Shown: positions 36,911-48,965 of the stretch, one piece after another | How the letters are laid out: each line of letters starts with the position of its first letter | Position numbering within the stretch: the stretch's first letter is position 1 | Notes under the pieces: model-generated | Told to the model about the DNA's origin: nothing | The model's database searches: none | The model's input: the letters and a program-made list of their open reading frames with translations, nothing else | Program-made: the position numbers and the translations under genes | Assembly: GCF_009834535.1 (NCBI RefSeq) | Contig: NC_045697.1 | Span: 10,664,001-10,728,000 of the forward strand | Direction of reading: 5' to 3' | Source of the DNA: Camelus ferus | Taxonomy: Eukaryota | DNA: 64,000 nt

Positions 36911-37332
36911 GACTCTCCTGCAGTAGGGGTCTTCACAGCTCCACCTGGTGCCCCTGTCCTGAGCTGCTTAGGGCAGGAATTCCCACCTGGCCCGGCCCCT
37001 CAAAGTTCATCTCTGCTCGCCAGCCCAGCACGGGGACTCTGCCTGTGCAGCCGAGTCTTTGGCTCAAGGGCCCAGGGGGCTCACCAAGGATGTCCTGAAG
37101 ACCAGATAGTCTGGGGGAACGTGGCTTCTTTGACCCATCATGCCTTGACTGAGGAACTCTCACCCCGTTTACCAGTTAGATGCTAAAGCAAATGGAGCAG
37201 AGAAGTTGTCCACTTTCAAATGGGGCACAAGGCATGGTGCCTGGATGGGCTCAGGAGGACAGAGACCAAGAGGGACACACCACATAACACAGGGACTTAC
37301 ACCGATAGTAAATATCCACGTACACTCGATAG

Positions 37333-37745
37333 TGTGAAGGAAAAGCCGGGCTGGGCTAACAAGATAACTCACAAATCTAAGTATCGGAATACTGATCTGA
37401 GTTCTGCTGGACTAACTTGTAAATCTAGGTTAATTAGTGTTGGTTTGCTGTTCATGTTTTCTGCTAGCCAGCTGGGTTTTCAAAGATATGTATCTGGCTT
37501 TGGAATGTTGGTTTGCTGCCTCCCCGCCCCCACTTTTGTGATGATAATGCTGCTAAAGCTGTTCCATGCCTACTGGCCGAATACCCCAAGCTTGTACTTT
37601 ACCCTATAAAACCTCATGCGCACGTCTTGGAGGTGCTCAGAGCTTCGGAGCAGAAGCCCCTCTGAGCCCGCCGGCGTAATACATCTGAGTACTCCAACCC
37701 TCCGAGTGGTGCTTGTTTCTTGACTGGCCTGTCGTTTCCATAACA
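37333..37745 (+). mobile_element. ERV1-class solo LTR (413 bp), relatively young
   Basis: TG...CA termini and perfect TSD ATAG (37329-37332, 37746-37749). TATAAAA at 37605-37611, AATACA at 37678-37683; several CpGs retained. Confidence 0.92.
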
Positions 37746-38133
37746 ATAGAATTGATTCAAGACCACGCTGTATCCCAGACACAATGTATGTGGCCCATTT
37801 GCTTGATTCCCAAGGTGAAGAGACTTGGCAAAATTCCATTGCTGAGGAATGGGGGTGGGGCATTGGGTGTGGATTGGCCTGAATCCGGGCCTGGGATTTC
37901 GGCTTCCAACCCCGACTACTTCTTGAGCAAAGAAGCCTGAAACTTGGGGAAGAGAAAACAAAAATTCACTAAGCCAGGTGTCTGGGTCCCTGGGACATTT
38001 TACGCTGAGCTCGTGGCCATGTCCATCATAGAGTGTACAGTGGAATCGTCTGGAATGCAGCAGGGAACCACCCAGCGAGAGTCCTACAAGAGTTGCTTCT
38101 GCTGCCACGGCCAGAAGAGAACAGCAGAAATGT

Positions 38134-38705
38134 TGCCAGATCTGCCTCGTCCCTGATGAACCAAATAACTCAGAGACAGGGTCTTGGAGCTTAGAAGGAA
38201 AGAGACAGCTTTACTGCTTTGCCTGGTGAAGGGGACTCACAGCAGGCTGGTGCCTTCTAAAGTGTACACCCGTCTTAGGGATGGGGTGGGGTGGTTATGT
38301 AGCCAGAGCTCAGAGCTCAAACAATAAACAGTCAACACATTCATTTTCCAAGTGATAAGACTTAGTCATGATGCCTCCAGGTGACCAATTCTATAGAGGC
38401 CAAAAGTTACCACTTTTTCAGTCTCTTTATCTCCTAAGAGCCCAAGGCGTGGTCTTCTTGGTATTTAGCCTACTTTGTAAGGTTACAGTTCTGTGACCTT
38501 CTCCCTGGAGAACAAGTCAGAAACCAAGTGTGATTATTACTTTTGATCACTGGAATAAAGCAGAAACAGAATTAATAGCTTTATTTTAACAAAGGGCCTG
38601 GAGCTGTGAGTAGCAATCGGTCAGGTCCATTGACTGTTTGAAGGGCAAGCATAAGAATAAGCAATCTGTTAGCCTAAGTGTGGCCATTTTATTAATCCTC
38701 TTTCA
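38134..38705 (-). mobile_element. ERV1-class solo LTR (572 bp)
   Basis: TG...CA termini and perfect TSD ATGT (38130-38133, 38706-38709). Minus-strand AGTAAA at 38215-38210. Confidence 0.85.
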
Positions 38706-38807
38706 ATGTCCCCAAGACCAAGGCTTCCCCACCTCTAGAAGAGACAAGCGAACACATTTATGAACAGTCACCTCCCCATCTCCTATCAGCATGGCAGCCA
38801 CCCTGAG

Positions 38808-39135
38808 AGGGTTGAATGGCACCCCCCCCCCCCCGACAGGGTTGAATGGCACCCCCCCCAAATTCATGTTGAAGTCCCTACCCCCTTTTCAGAGGCAGGG
38901 TCTTTACAGAGTCATTAGTTAAGATGAGTCATTAGGGTGGCCCCAAATCCAGAATAACTGGTGACCTTATAAAAGGGGGACACTTGGACACAAAGACAGA
39001 CATAGAGAGAAGGTGACTGTCTATGAGCCGAGGAGAGAGGCCTGGGACAGATCCTCCCCTTGCAGTGCGATAGTGCACACCTGCTGTCTAAGCCACCGGT
39101 TTGTGGTCCTTGGTGCCAGCAGCCCTAGCAAACGA
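38808..39135 (+). mobile_element. MaLR LTR (MLT1A-like) with a 30-bp tandem duplication of its 5' end
   Basis: agggttgaatggcacccccccc occurs at 38808 and 38838, then aaattcatgttgaagtccc...ggtgaccttataaaaggggg. Confidence 0.85.
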
Positions 39136-40689
39136 GCCCCCGCCCCACGAGGACAGTCGTTCTCTATTTTGCAGATGAGGAGAGAGAGGCTCAGAGAGCT
39201 TCCGCGTCCCCCTCAAGGGTCCCTGCCTCCAGTAAGAGGCAGAGCTTTGGTTGCCAAGCCTTTCCCACTGCACGGAGCTGCTCCTCCAGGGGCCACAGGG
39301 GTCGGGGAGCCCGGGACAAGCTGCGCCCTCGTGCCGCAGCGGAGGACGCCCCGCCGGGAATTATGATCACTCGCTGCCCTCCTGCGGTTAGGGAGCAGCC
39401 CTTCCAGTGATCTCCCTGGTGCCCACGGGACAGGGCAGCGCCTTCCCGGAGGCAGGAGGGGATCTGATTCCTGGCAGCCAGGAGGAAGAAGAAGTTTCTT
39501 TATTTATGTTGCAAAGCCTTGTTGGGAGGTCCAGTTGTTTAAACCCGGAGCTGAACTCTGGGAAAGTAAATAAAGTCGCTGCAGGACATTTTTGAAAGTG
39601 AAAGTGTTGTGGCCCTGGGTGGCCGTCCCCTTTCCCACACTGGCATCATCCCATCGCAGCTCAGGGTTACAGACCCCCTCCCCAGGGCCTGCTGCCCCTC
39701 GGCCCTTCGCCCACCCCAGCCTCTCCACGCCTCCGAGAGGTGGGGGCTGCTCTTATTCCCCTGGAGAGCCAAGGAAATCCAAGCTCAAGGAAGCAGAGAA
39801 AGAGCCCAAACCACCCAGCCAGGGAGCGGCAGAGCTGAGATTCAAGCACCACCTTTCATTGTCGTGCCACAGAAATCATCTGGAGACAGTTGCAGGGTGC
39901 TTGCTGTTTGGAGGAGGGAAGGAGGGGAAATGAAGACACAGTCCAGCCTTTCTAGACTGCCTGGAGGGCCTCTGAGCTCTCTCCTGCTAACGACCGCCTC
40001 ACCAACTTGGTCTCCTAACTGTGGTGTTGAAATTGGAAGCAGGTTGGCCCTATGACTGGGCCCCAGGGCCACAGAGCAGGTGCAAATGGCCACCAATTCA
40101 GGCAGCTTTTGTGGAACAGGCTTCTCTGGAGAGAGAGGCAGCGGAGCCGGGAGCAAATTCCAGGTCATAAGACTGCTCGGGGCTTGCAGGGGCTGCCTCC
40201 TCATTTCCCTCCCGCTGATCCTGAGATGTCAGCTTTCCAGTGCTCAGGGAGACTCACTCAACTCAAGGGATGCAGTGGGCTGAAGGGGAAAAATGACTCA
40301 CTGTGAACGACCACAGGATGGTAAAGAGCGAAGATTAAGCCCAGCAAAGAAGGGCCCAGCATCCACAGACCCGCCGCACGCCCTCCCCACCCGCGCTGCG
40401 CCCTGGGGGCCGCACCGGGATGCGGCTGCGTGGCCCCAGGGAGGGGACAGGAACAGAAGGGACAGGCTTTTCAACCAGAAAAGGCCCTCAGGGTTCCAAG
40501 GGGCCTCCTCACCCCAGAGGGTGGTGGGGCCCACAACAGGCAGGTGGCCCCTCCCTGAGCATCAGACAAAAAACACAGGAGGAAGATTTCTCAGCTGAAG
40601 CTCTTTCTGTGACAGGGGGGCGGGGGACGGTCATTCGGCAGATCCAGCCATGGGACAGGAATCAACTGGGCAGGACCCTCTTCTCCTTT

Positions 40690-40735
40690 TTCAAAAAATT
40701 GTAGTAGAACTCACATAACATAAAACTAACCATTT

Positions 40736-40773
<38 letters not shown>

Positions 40774-41085
40774 TATATGTCTGTTACTGAATCACTATGC
40801 TGTACACCAGAAACTAACACAACATTGTAAATACTTCAATTAAAAAAAAATTAACCATTTTAAAGTGTACAATTCACTGGCATTTAGGACATTCACAGTC
40901 TTGCACAACTACCACCCCGTCTAGTTCCAAAGCATCTTCATCTCCCCAAAACAAAGCTCTGATCCCATTAAGCAGTTGCTCCCCACCCCTCTGTCCCCAG
41001 CCCCTGGCAGCCCCCAGTCTGCATCTATCGTTGTGGATTCACCTTTCCTAGGTATGTCGCTCAGATCAAAGTGTCCCACACTCTC
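40690..41085 (-). mobile_element. Old L1M (L1MB/MC-like) 3' end hosting the nested tail
   Basis: aactcacataacataaaa...ttttaaagtgtacaattcactggcatttaggacattcacagt pattern. Confidence 0.75.
40738..40846 (+). mobile_element. Ultra-short L1 3' tail with (AC)15, nested in an older L1M element
   Basis: 16-bp TSD aaaa[c/t]taaccatttta at 40722-40737 and 40847-40862. The body is the L1 terminus actgaatcactatgctgtacaccagaaactaacacaacattgtaaa. Confidence 0.85.
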
Positions 41086-43439
41086 TTCTCAGCGACCTGC
41101 AGAGCATCAGTGTAGGAGGGCGGAACTGTGGTTTTCATTTTCATACATTTTAACCTTTGTTGAGATTTTTTTGTGTGATAATGAAAATTACACATTTTGT
41201 GGTAGAAAACCTGGAAACAGAAAATCCCAAAGAAGAAACTTAAAATTGCTCCTAGTCCCATCCCTCAGAATACCTAGACTAATATCTTAGAGACAAGTCG
41301 CCCATCTTTCCCCCAAGCAAATGTTGATGAGCATCTAGGTTGCTCTACTGGGCTGTGTGCCTTGGGTTGGTTTCTTAACCTCTCTGTGTCTTATTTCCTC
41401 ACCTGTACGATGGAGATGATAGTAGTACCTGCTTCATAGGTTCATTGAGAGGATAAGTGAGTGAATAATACACGTGAAGCACTGAAAATGGGACAAGCAT
41501 GGAATAAACTCTTGGCCAATGTGAACACATCAGCTGTGATTATATTTTCTCCACAATTCAATGTCATGGGGATTATTTTATCTGCAGAAGAAGAAACCAA
41601 GGGTCAGAGAGGTCAGGTAAAACTTCCCCAAAGACCAAAGGAAGCAAGCATTCTTTTTTGAGTAGCTGTATGTGCTAGGTCATTATCATTGTCTCATTTT
41701 ACAGAGAAGGAAACTGAGATGCTGAGAGGTTAAGTGTGTCCAAGGTGTCCAAGGTCACACAGCGAGTTAGGGGCAGAGCTGGTTCTTTGCAGGTCTGGTA
41801 TCTTCCTCCATCCCGCTCCACTGCCTCCTCCCATGTAATGAAGGCCCCTAATACGGGATTTAGGAACATGCGGCCAGAGGTCCTCACCTCTGTGTGGCTC
41901 CAAGCATCCGATTCTGCGTTCCTGGTTCCTCAGAGCTGCCGTTTGCTTCCTCCCTGGCTTCTCGCTCTGGTCATCTCTTGGCTGCACCTGGAGATACTCA
42001 AGCAGTACCTCCAAAAAGCCGAGCAGGGACAAACACGCTGAGGAAGCCGGCTTGTCAGTCCCCAGGTTTCTGCTGCCGGAGCCGCTCAGGTGCTGCTCGG
42101 AGACCGTATGGAGCCCTTGGGCGATGCCTCGCCAGGATACACTAGCTGCTGCCTGCTGAGGGCCAGAAACCTGGCCTTGCCTCACGGACGCCATCCATTC
42201 AAGCCTCCCACCTCTGCCCTGGAGCAGGGTCAGCCCTGCAGTACGTGGGGAAATGCCTCAGCCCTTCCTTCCTCCGCAAGGAAAACCTCTCAGACCTGAG
42301 CCAGCAGCCCTGCCGGCTCCCCTTGCTCAGGATTTCACGCTGTTACCAAAACAATTCAGTGGGCCGTGGAGCCTTCCCTGAGATTCCACGAGAGGGCTTC
42401 GAGGCTGCAGTCTTTTCCCAGGATGCTAATTAAAAACACTACCTGACCGATACAGCATCATAAATAATTCGACTTGGAGGAGCACAGGGACCCAGGGTTC
42501 ACCTGCTGCTCACCTCCCCACAGAGCATCCTTGCTCCTGCCGTTTTCAGTCTTTCGGAGATCTCCCGGGATAGGAGTGCTTTTCGGCAGGAGCTGCTCCC
42601 TCATCACTGGGACTAGAGGCTGCCTGGGTCCTGGCGGCCCTGACAAGCCCCATCGGGGGGTGCTGCCCGGCTTGTCAAATGGGAGTTGAGTCTGGAAGCA
42701 GGACATCCTTCCCTTCAATGAAGATCCCGAGTGTCCTCCAGCTTGGGGCTTGGCAGGACTCAGGGAGGCCTTCTGGTTTTTGAGTTTCCAGAGTGTCCAC
42801 AGGTGAAGCCTTATTTGTGAATTCAGAAATTACAGATGCCTTGGACTCTATCCCTTGAAGATGTCAGGCCCTCACTAGGTGAAGAGATGACGGAGCTCAT
42901 GTGGCACTGTTGGGCTGGGCTGCACAGAGCAGGGACACTGTTGGTGCTATGGGTGTGGCCTTGACACTGGGGAAGGCTTAGAATGTCCTCTGGGGGCCTC
43001 TATCTACCCAACCTATTTCCTTGGCCTTTCTGAACTAACGAAAAACTCACTTAATACACCTGGAAAAAATCTCCACCCACCATGACCCATGGATGAGGTC
43101 CCCATGACTTGGACTTTAACTGATGGATCAGAGAACAGAACACCATGATCACTCCAGACTCTAAATGACACTTCTCTTATACATGTGGCAGACCCTCCTA
43201 ATGGTGTTCCACAGCTGACTCTGCCCTCTTCCCCTGCTGGCAAAGCCCAGGTCTGGGCATTCCCTCTCCCACATGCTCAAGAGAGCTGCCCCTCCATGGC
43301 CACAGGCAATGCATGTGGCTTCGTTTGAGCCATTTGTGGTCCCTTCATTCCCTGCATCCATGACCACTTAGGGGTGAGCACGGGATGCAGCCTCAGCTTC
43401 TGAGGCAGAAGGAGAGGTCCTTTGAGGACTTGGGGAAGG

Positions 43440-43920
43440 ATTCCCCTCCTTAATGGAAAGGATATGTGAGGAGAAATTGCCCCTCCTGTTCTTGGACATA
43501 GGTCTATGGAGATATGTATTGGAGGCTAAGGCCACCGTCCTGTGACCATGAGACAAACCCAAGCACAGAAGCCAGTAAACCAAGAAGCAGTGTAGAAAGC
43601 ACCCAGGCCACTGAGGAAATTAAACAACCCGCTCCCAGCTAGCTTTGCACTTCTTGTATACAAGCTAATAAATCCTTGCTGCTGAAGCCATTGATTTCCA
43701 AATTTAGTGAGCGAGGATCTCTCAGGGAACTTGATGTAACACAGAGATATAAATTCATGGGACTGGAGTGAGGCCACTGGCTTTGCCTTTCCCAAAAGCT
43801 CCCAGATGATGCTGATGTTGGTTCAGGGACCACACTTCGAGTAACCAGGGCTGAACGTAATTTTAGTTGCATGCTCTATCGCTTGCAACCCAAAGCATCC
43901 TAGCTGATAGGAGCTTTAGG
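43440..43920 (+). mobile_element. MLT1J/K-like LTR with a nested MER5-type hAT element (~43705-43850)
   Basis: ggccaccgtcctgtgaccatgag...aataaatccttgctgctgaagcca; cccagatgatgctgatgttggttcagggaccacacttcgagtaacc. Confidence 0.7.
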
Positions 43921-45017
43921 CCAGCACATGACAATGAATAATTGTACTGTGTATTGACAAAGCTCTGGTCCAATACTCATTCATTTGATCCTCGTCACAG
44001 ACCTAGGAGGTGGCTTATTTTGCAGAAGAGGAAACTGAAACTTGGAAAACTGCATTTGCCAGAAGCCTTTTGTTTGTAAGAAACAGAAACCTGGCTCCAA
44101 AGGAGTTCACACACAAAGGGTGCTGACTTAGGTGTCCAGAAAGGCTAGTGGCAGATCCAGGCACAGCTGGATCCGGTGATCAGATTCTGTTGCTGGGGCT
44201 TCGTTTGTTTTACTCTTCCTGACCAGTGACCGCCTTTCTTCAAGTAGCCGAGAGCCTGATCACCCGCAACCCCAGGCTCCCATCCCCTCCTGTCCCACTG
44301 GGTGGAGACCCTTGAGTGGAGGCTTTCTCTCGCCCAGTGTCCACACGTGAAACCCCCGAACCACTCGCCGGTGGCACAGAATAGAAACAGTGAGCACGGT
44401 TAGGAAGTGACTCCAATCGCCAGGCAGGAGATGATGTGGTTCTTGACAGGATGGGAGGATCAGGGGCTGTGAAAATCAGTTGGACATGTTTAAATTCAAA
44501 TAGTTTTGTAAGATTTTTATTTAAATATATTTAAGAATCAGACAAAAATTCTTTACCAGAATTCTTGTTGTAGGGCTTGATGCTGAAAATGTGACTCCTT
44601 GTGGTTGTAGCTCTTACTTGACCTTGGAGCTTGGAGATGTTCATTATTACCTCCTCCACTAGTTATAGGGGCCCTGAGAGCCAAAAAATATTTCATTCAT
44701 TCATTTCCTCAACAAATATTTGTTGGCCCTGCTGTGCACCTGGCTTGAGGAATGGCATCCGGTGAGACTTTGCTGACGTACATACCTCTCCACCCCAGCC
44801 TCTGCCCAGAGATTCTGATGCACCCAACTCCCTACTGGAAATAATTTTACAAGTGATGTTAATGATGGACATGTCTTAAATAAGATAACAATGTGTAAGC
44901 AGGAAAGAAGTGGAGACTAGTTAAGCTAGAAGGCTGATGGTCACATGGGCAGAATCAGGAGAGTGGGAGGGGGAGGTGGCTTGGGCTGATGACATTAGAT
45001 TTGGACCTAATTGAGGC

Positions 45018-45128
45018 ATCCATGTGGTGATGCCCTTCCATGCAGTGATGCCCACCAACATGGTGATGCCCATCCACATGGTAATGCCCATCCATGCAGT
45101 GATGCCCATCCATGTGGTGATGCCCATC
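45018..45128. repeat. 18-bp minisatellite, 6 copies (consensus atccatgtggtgatgccc)
   Basis: Six consecutive units read directly from the sequence, with 0-4 substitutions each. Confidence 0.95.
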
Positions 45129-45665
45129 AGCCAGTCAGAGCAACCATCTTGGAAGCCTGGGCAGAGAAGCTCTGCTTGAAGACTTGGGATAAAACTGGTG
45201 CATCTAGAGAAGAGCGGACACAAAAGGGAACTCACCCTGGAGGTACATCCAGGGTTGAAGGGCACAGAGAAAGTAGAGCAAATGCGAATGGCAGAGACAA
45301 AGGATCAACATCTGAAGAAAGGGGCAAACCAGGGCAGCACAGGACAGCTGAGTCCAGGCAGGAGCATTTCTGGAGGGAAGGACAGATGCAGTGGAAGCAC
45401 CAAGAGGTCAAAGTCAAGTGGGACCGACAGCAGCAGAGCAGGCAAGTGGGTCTGAGGTGCAGAAAGCCTATGATACCCACAGAGGGTGCTGCTCAGGGGG
45501 TGTGACAGGTGGGACAGATGGCAGTTTCATTAAGTCTAAGTCAAAGTAAATAATAATAATAAAAGAGGCAGCTGTGAAAATAAGTCTGATGGATTCGATC
45601 ATTTCCTGGTAAACAAAGCTTACAACAAGCCCTTGCATTTGTGTGATGTTTGATGACTTCCAGGC

Positions 45666-45820
45666 ACGACGGGCTACGCAATTTACAGGGCCTGGTGCAG
45701 AACCAAATGTTGGCCCCTTGTTCAAAAATTAGGAAAAACTTCAAGACGGTGATAGCAGAGCATTAAAACAAGTGTGGGGCCCTATCCGGCTGCACGGTTT
45801 GCACGCCCGCTAAGCTGGTC
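45666..45820. mobile_element. MER45A-like (hAT-Tip100)
   Basis: ggccccttgttcaaaaatta...ttcaagacggtgatagcagagcattaaaacaagtgtggggccc. Confidence 0.8.
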
Positions 45821-46244
45821 TGCTTCTAAGCAGTTTCCCGCTACTCTTTAATCTCAGAGAGAAATGTCTGAGATGGTCTGAGCAGCCAAGTCATTTGGAG
45901 TGGATAGCTTCATCTTCCGAGGCTTGGAACACTCTTCCTATTTGGGGGGTGGAGGAATCCCCCATTGTTTGGAGCCAGGTAGGAGGCATGGTCCCTCGAC
46001 CACAAAAACCCTCTCCAAGCCCCTAGGCAACCAGCGGACAAAGACGTGATCCAGGCTCAGCCAGTCAGATGCTCCCTCCCCAGATTTTGAGACTTGAGGG
46101 ACTGATGTGAAGATGCAGGATGCTTAGAGACATGACCCCATGCCAGTGGCAGGATGGAGGGGCTGGGGCAGGGGTGAGGGTCCAGGGGGAACCAGAGGTA
46201 GTGACCCATCCAACATTTTCTCACATTTTCTGCCACAGAGCCCT

Positions 46245-47350
46245 CTCCTATGCTGCCTGTTCTCCAAGTGTAAGTTCAGGGGAGTCTACAAGACCAACCT
46301 CAGCTTCAGTAATTCAACAAAAAGACCTGCAGAACCCAGCAAAGCTATCATTCTCACAGTTGTGATTTATTACAGCCAAAGCTCACAGATCAAAATCAGC
46401 AACAAGAAGGGCACGGGGAGGGGTCAAGGAGAGGTCCAGGTATGAGCTGCCTCTTGTCCTCTTCCAGTGACATCAGGACAGTGCTTACTTCTCTCAGCCA
46501 CCACGTGAGACAGAACGCACTGGGTGTTGCCAACCAAGGGCACTCATCCAACCCTTGATGTCCAGAGTTTTTATGGGGGTCAGTCGCACAGACACAAAGC
46601 AGATTACACACGTGGCTGACTTTCATATCCAGTCCCTTGGGGCAGCTGATAACTGCTTGGTCCCAGGGCTCCACCACAGATCACATTGTCAGTGCAAATT
46701 ATTTGGCACAGCCCAAGACCCAGGTAAACAAAGGCACTTCTATCAGGTGGACCATCCCAAGGGCTTGGCGGTTAGCTCCCAGAAGCCAGAGATAAAGGCC
46801 ACTCTGTAGGAGCGAAGAACAAATCTGACTGCGTATGAGACCTGTTCCTTTGGCTCTAACCCTGTGCTCTGTTTCCTGGGCTCAGTCATGCTGGTTCTGC
46901 ACCTTTTGTAAAAGACTGTTGCCTAGAGCCTGAAATATACAGTCTACCCATTCTCAAGCTCTGACCTTTAAGGGTATTAACACTTCCCCATTCATATAAA
47001 GATAAAAAGTTGCAGAAAAGAAAATAATATTCGTCCTGCTGGAGGTTTGCAGGAACATCATGACCTGACCCACGTGGACAGATGCCAGAGCAAAGGACTC
47101 TGGCCCCAAGAAGTCTGCAACAACCAGCCCCAGCCCCTTCCCTTTTCAGGATAAAAGCAGCCTGAATTCTGACTTGGGGAAGATGGTTCTCCGGGACATT
47201 AGTCTGCCGTCTTCTTGGGCTGCTGGCTTTGCAAGTAAAGTCTTTTATTCCTTGCTCCAACACCTCATCCCCCATTTATTGGTCTGTCTTGCAGTGAGCA
47301 GAACGAGTTTAGATTCAGTAATGACACCTTTCTTTGGGCAAAGTTAATGC
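46245..47350 (-). mobile_element. MER21-like LTR (host, interrupted)
   Basis: caagaccaacctcagcttcagtaattc...gtgatttattacagccaaag...cagatcaaaatcagcaa...gtccagagtttttatgggggtcagtc resembles MER21C as recalled. Confidence 0.72.
46805..47323 (+). mobile_element. MER34/MER39-like LTR nested in a MER21-like LTR
   Basis: Ends ttattggtctgtcttgcagtgagcagaacgagtttagattcagtaa. Flanks actc/acac. The host sequence rejoins as gataaaggcc|...cctttctttgggcaaagttaat. Confidence 0.75.
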
Positions 47351-48564
47351 CTCCCCCTCCTCCGGCTTCACCAGCCATCTCCCTGGGTGCCCCGAGCCCT
47401 TTCTTAGGAAGTCTTCCGAAGTGCCTGGCTGCTGGACCTTCTCCACGCCTCCCAAGGTGGGCACAGGGACACTGTGAGTCCTATTTCCCAAATGGGCAGC
47501 TGAGGCCCAGAGAGATGTAGGAACTTCTACAAAGTCACACAGGCTGCTCTAGTGCTTGCGTGTCCTGGGACCTCAGCCAGGGTCATCTTGGCTCCGCCCG
47601 GCTGCCAGGGGCTGCCATCCCTCCGAGGGGCAGCAGCTGCGCAGAGAATCAGTCATTGGAAAGGTCAGAAGATTGAGTTCAGCTGAACTTCAGTGCAAAT
47701 ATATCGAGTTCCGAATTTTTTTAAACCCATGTGAGCCTGCTGAAATGAACCATGCAACTTGGCCATCCAACTGGACTCTCGGGAGAATACAGAGGCCGGG
47801 TTTGTGGATAAATTTCTGTAGACCATTACAAGTTTCCAAAAATAGTCTTCCTTCTCTGTGTTGGGGAAACCAGGCAGACTTCCTAGGAGACACGTCGATA
47901 CCAGGGGGCTTCCCCGCAGCCACTAAATGGAAAACAAGCCTTTAAAGCGCTGTTGTGAATTTCCTAAACCACTTGTCCTCCACCCTGAGCTAGAGGTTAA
48001 GCCCTTCATGATGCACCCATGTTGTCTCGCAGCCAGGGGACAGTTCTCCCCTAGCCCTACCGCCAGCTGATCCCATCTGCCCCGGGCAGCCTGGGAGAGA
48101 GATGATCGCTAAGGTAACCCAAGGCTCCGAGGGCAGGCAGACACAGACACACAGCAGCTGCCACTGCTGGGCACGCAGCCCGTGCCCTGTTCTGGAGGGA
48201 CTCCCGGGGCCCTCTGCCAGCTGCGGCCTCAGACCCGGTGCGTGCAGGGCTGCCTGGAAAGAGCTGCTCAGAGAGAGACTTCTTTGACTCTGCAGCACTC
48301 CTGTTCGGTCATGGAGACCCCAGAACCTCAGGGATCGTCTCTCCAACCGGGGACACTGAGGCCAGGAGTGGAACTGACACTTAGCAGCAGAGCTGGGACT
48401 TACACCCAATGGTCCTGACACCTGCTCCTCCTCTGGGGCGATGCCTTGACGCAATGGGCTCTCCAAGACCCCATAGAGAGGGGCTGAACACTGCTGCTGT
48501 GGATGGCATTCATTCATTCATTCATTCATTCATTCATTGAGCAGACATTTACTGCATGTCCACT

Positions 48565-48965
48565 GTATGAGTTTCCCAGGGTGACCATAATAAATTGCCA
48601 CAAATTTGGTGACTTGAAATACCAGGAGATTATTCTTGTACTGTTCTGGAGGCAAGAAGGCCAAAATCAGGGTGTTGTCAGGGCTGCACTCCCTTTGAAG
48701 TCTCTAGGGATGGACCCTTCCCTAGCTCTTCTGGCTTCCAGTGGCTCCAGGCATCCCTTGGCTTGTGGTCACATCCCTCCAAACTCTGCCTCCCTCTTCA
48801 CATGGCCTTCTTGTCTGTGTCTCCTTTCCTTTTCTTCCCTTGTAAGGACACTTGTCATTGTTTTTAGGGCTCACTTTAATTCAGGATGATGTCATCCTAA
48901 GATACTTAATTGTATCAGCAAAGAACTTTCCCCAAATAAGGTCACATACAGTTTCCAGTGGGCAC
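48565..48965 (-). mobile_element. MaLR LTR (MLT1C/D-like)
   Basis: tgtatgagtttcccaggg...gttctggaggcaagaaggccaaaatcagggtg...aaataaggtcacat. Confidence 0.85.

Noticed and set aside
36936-36953. CTCF site GGGCACCAGGTGGAGCTG (-)
   Set aside because: Two mismatches in the core and no correctly spaced upstream motif; not distinguishable from chance without ChIP.
45018-45128. CRISPR-like array
   Set aside because: Contiguous tandem units without spacers, in a mammalian genome.
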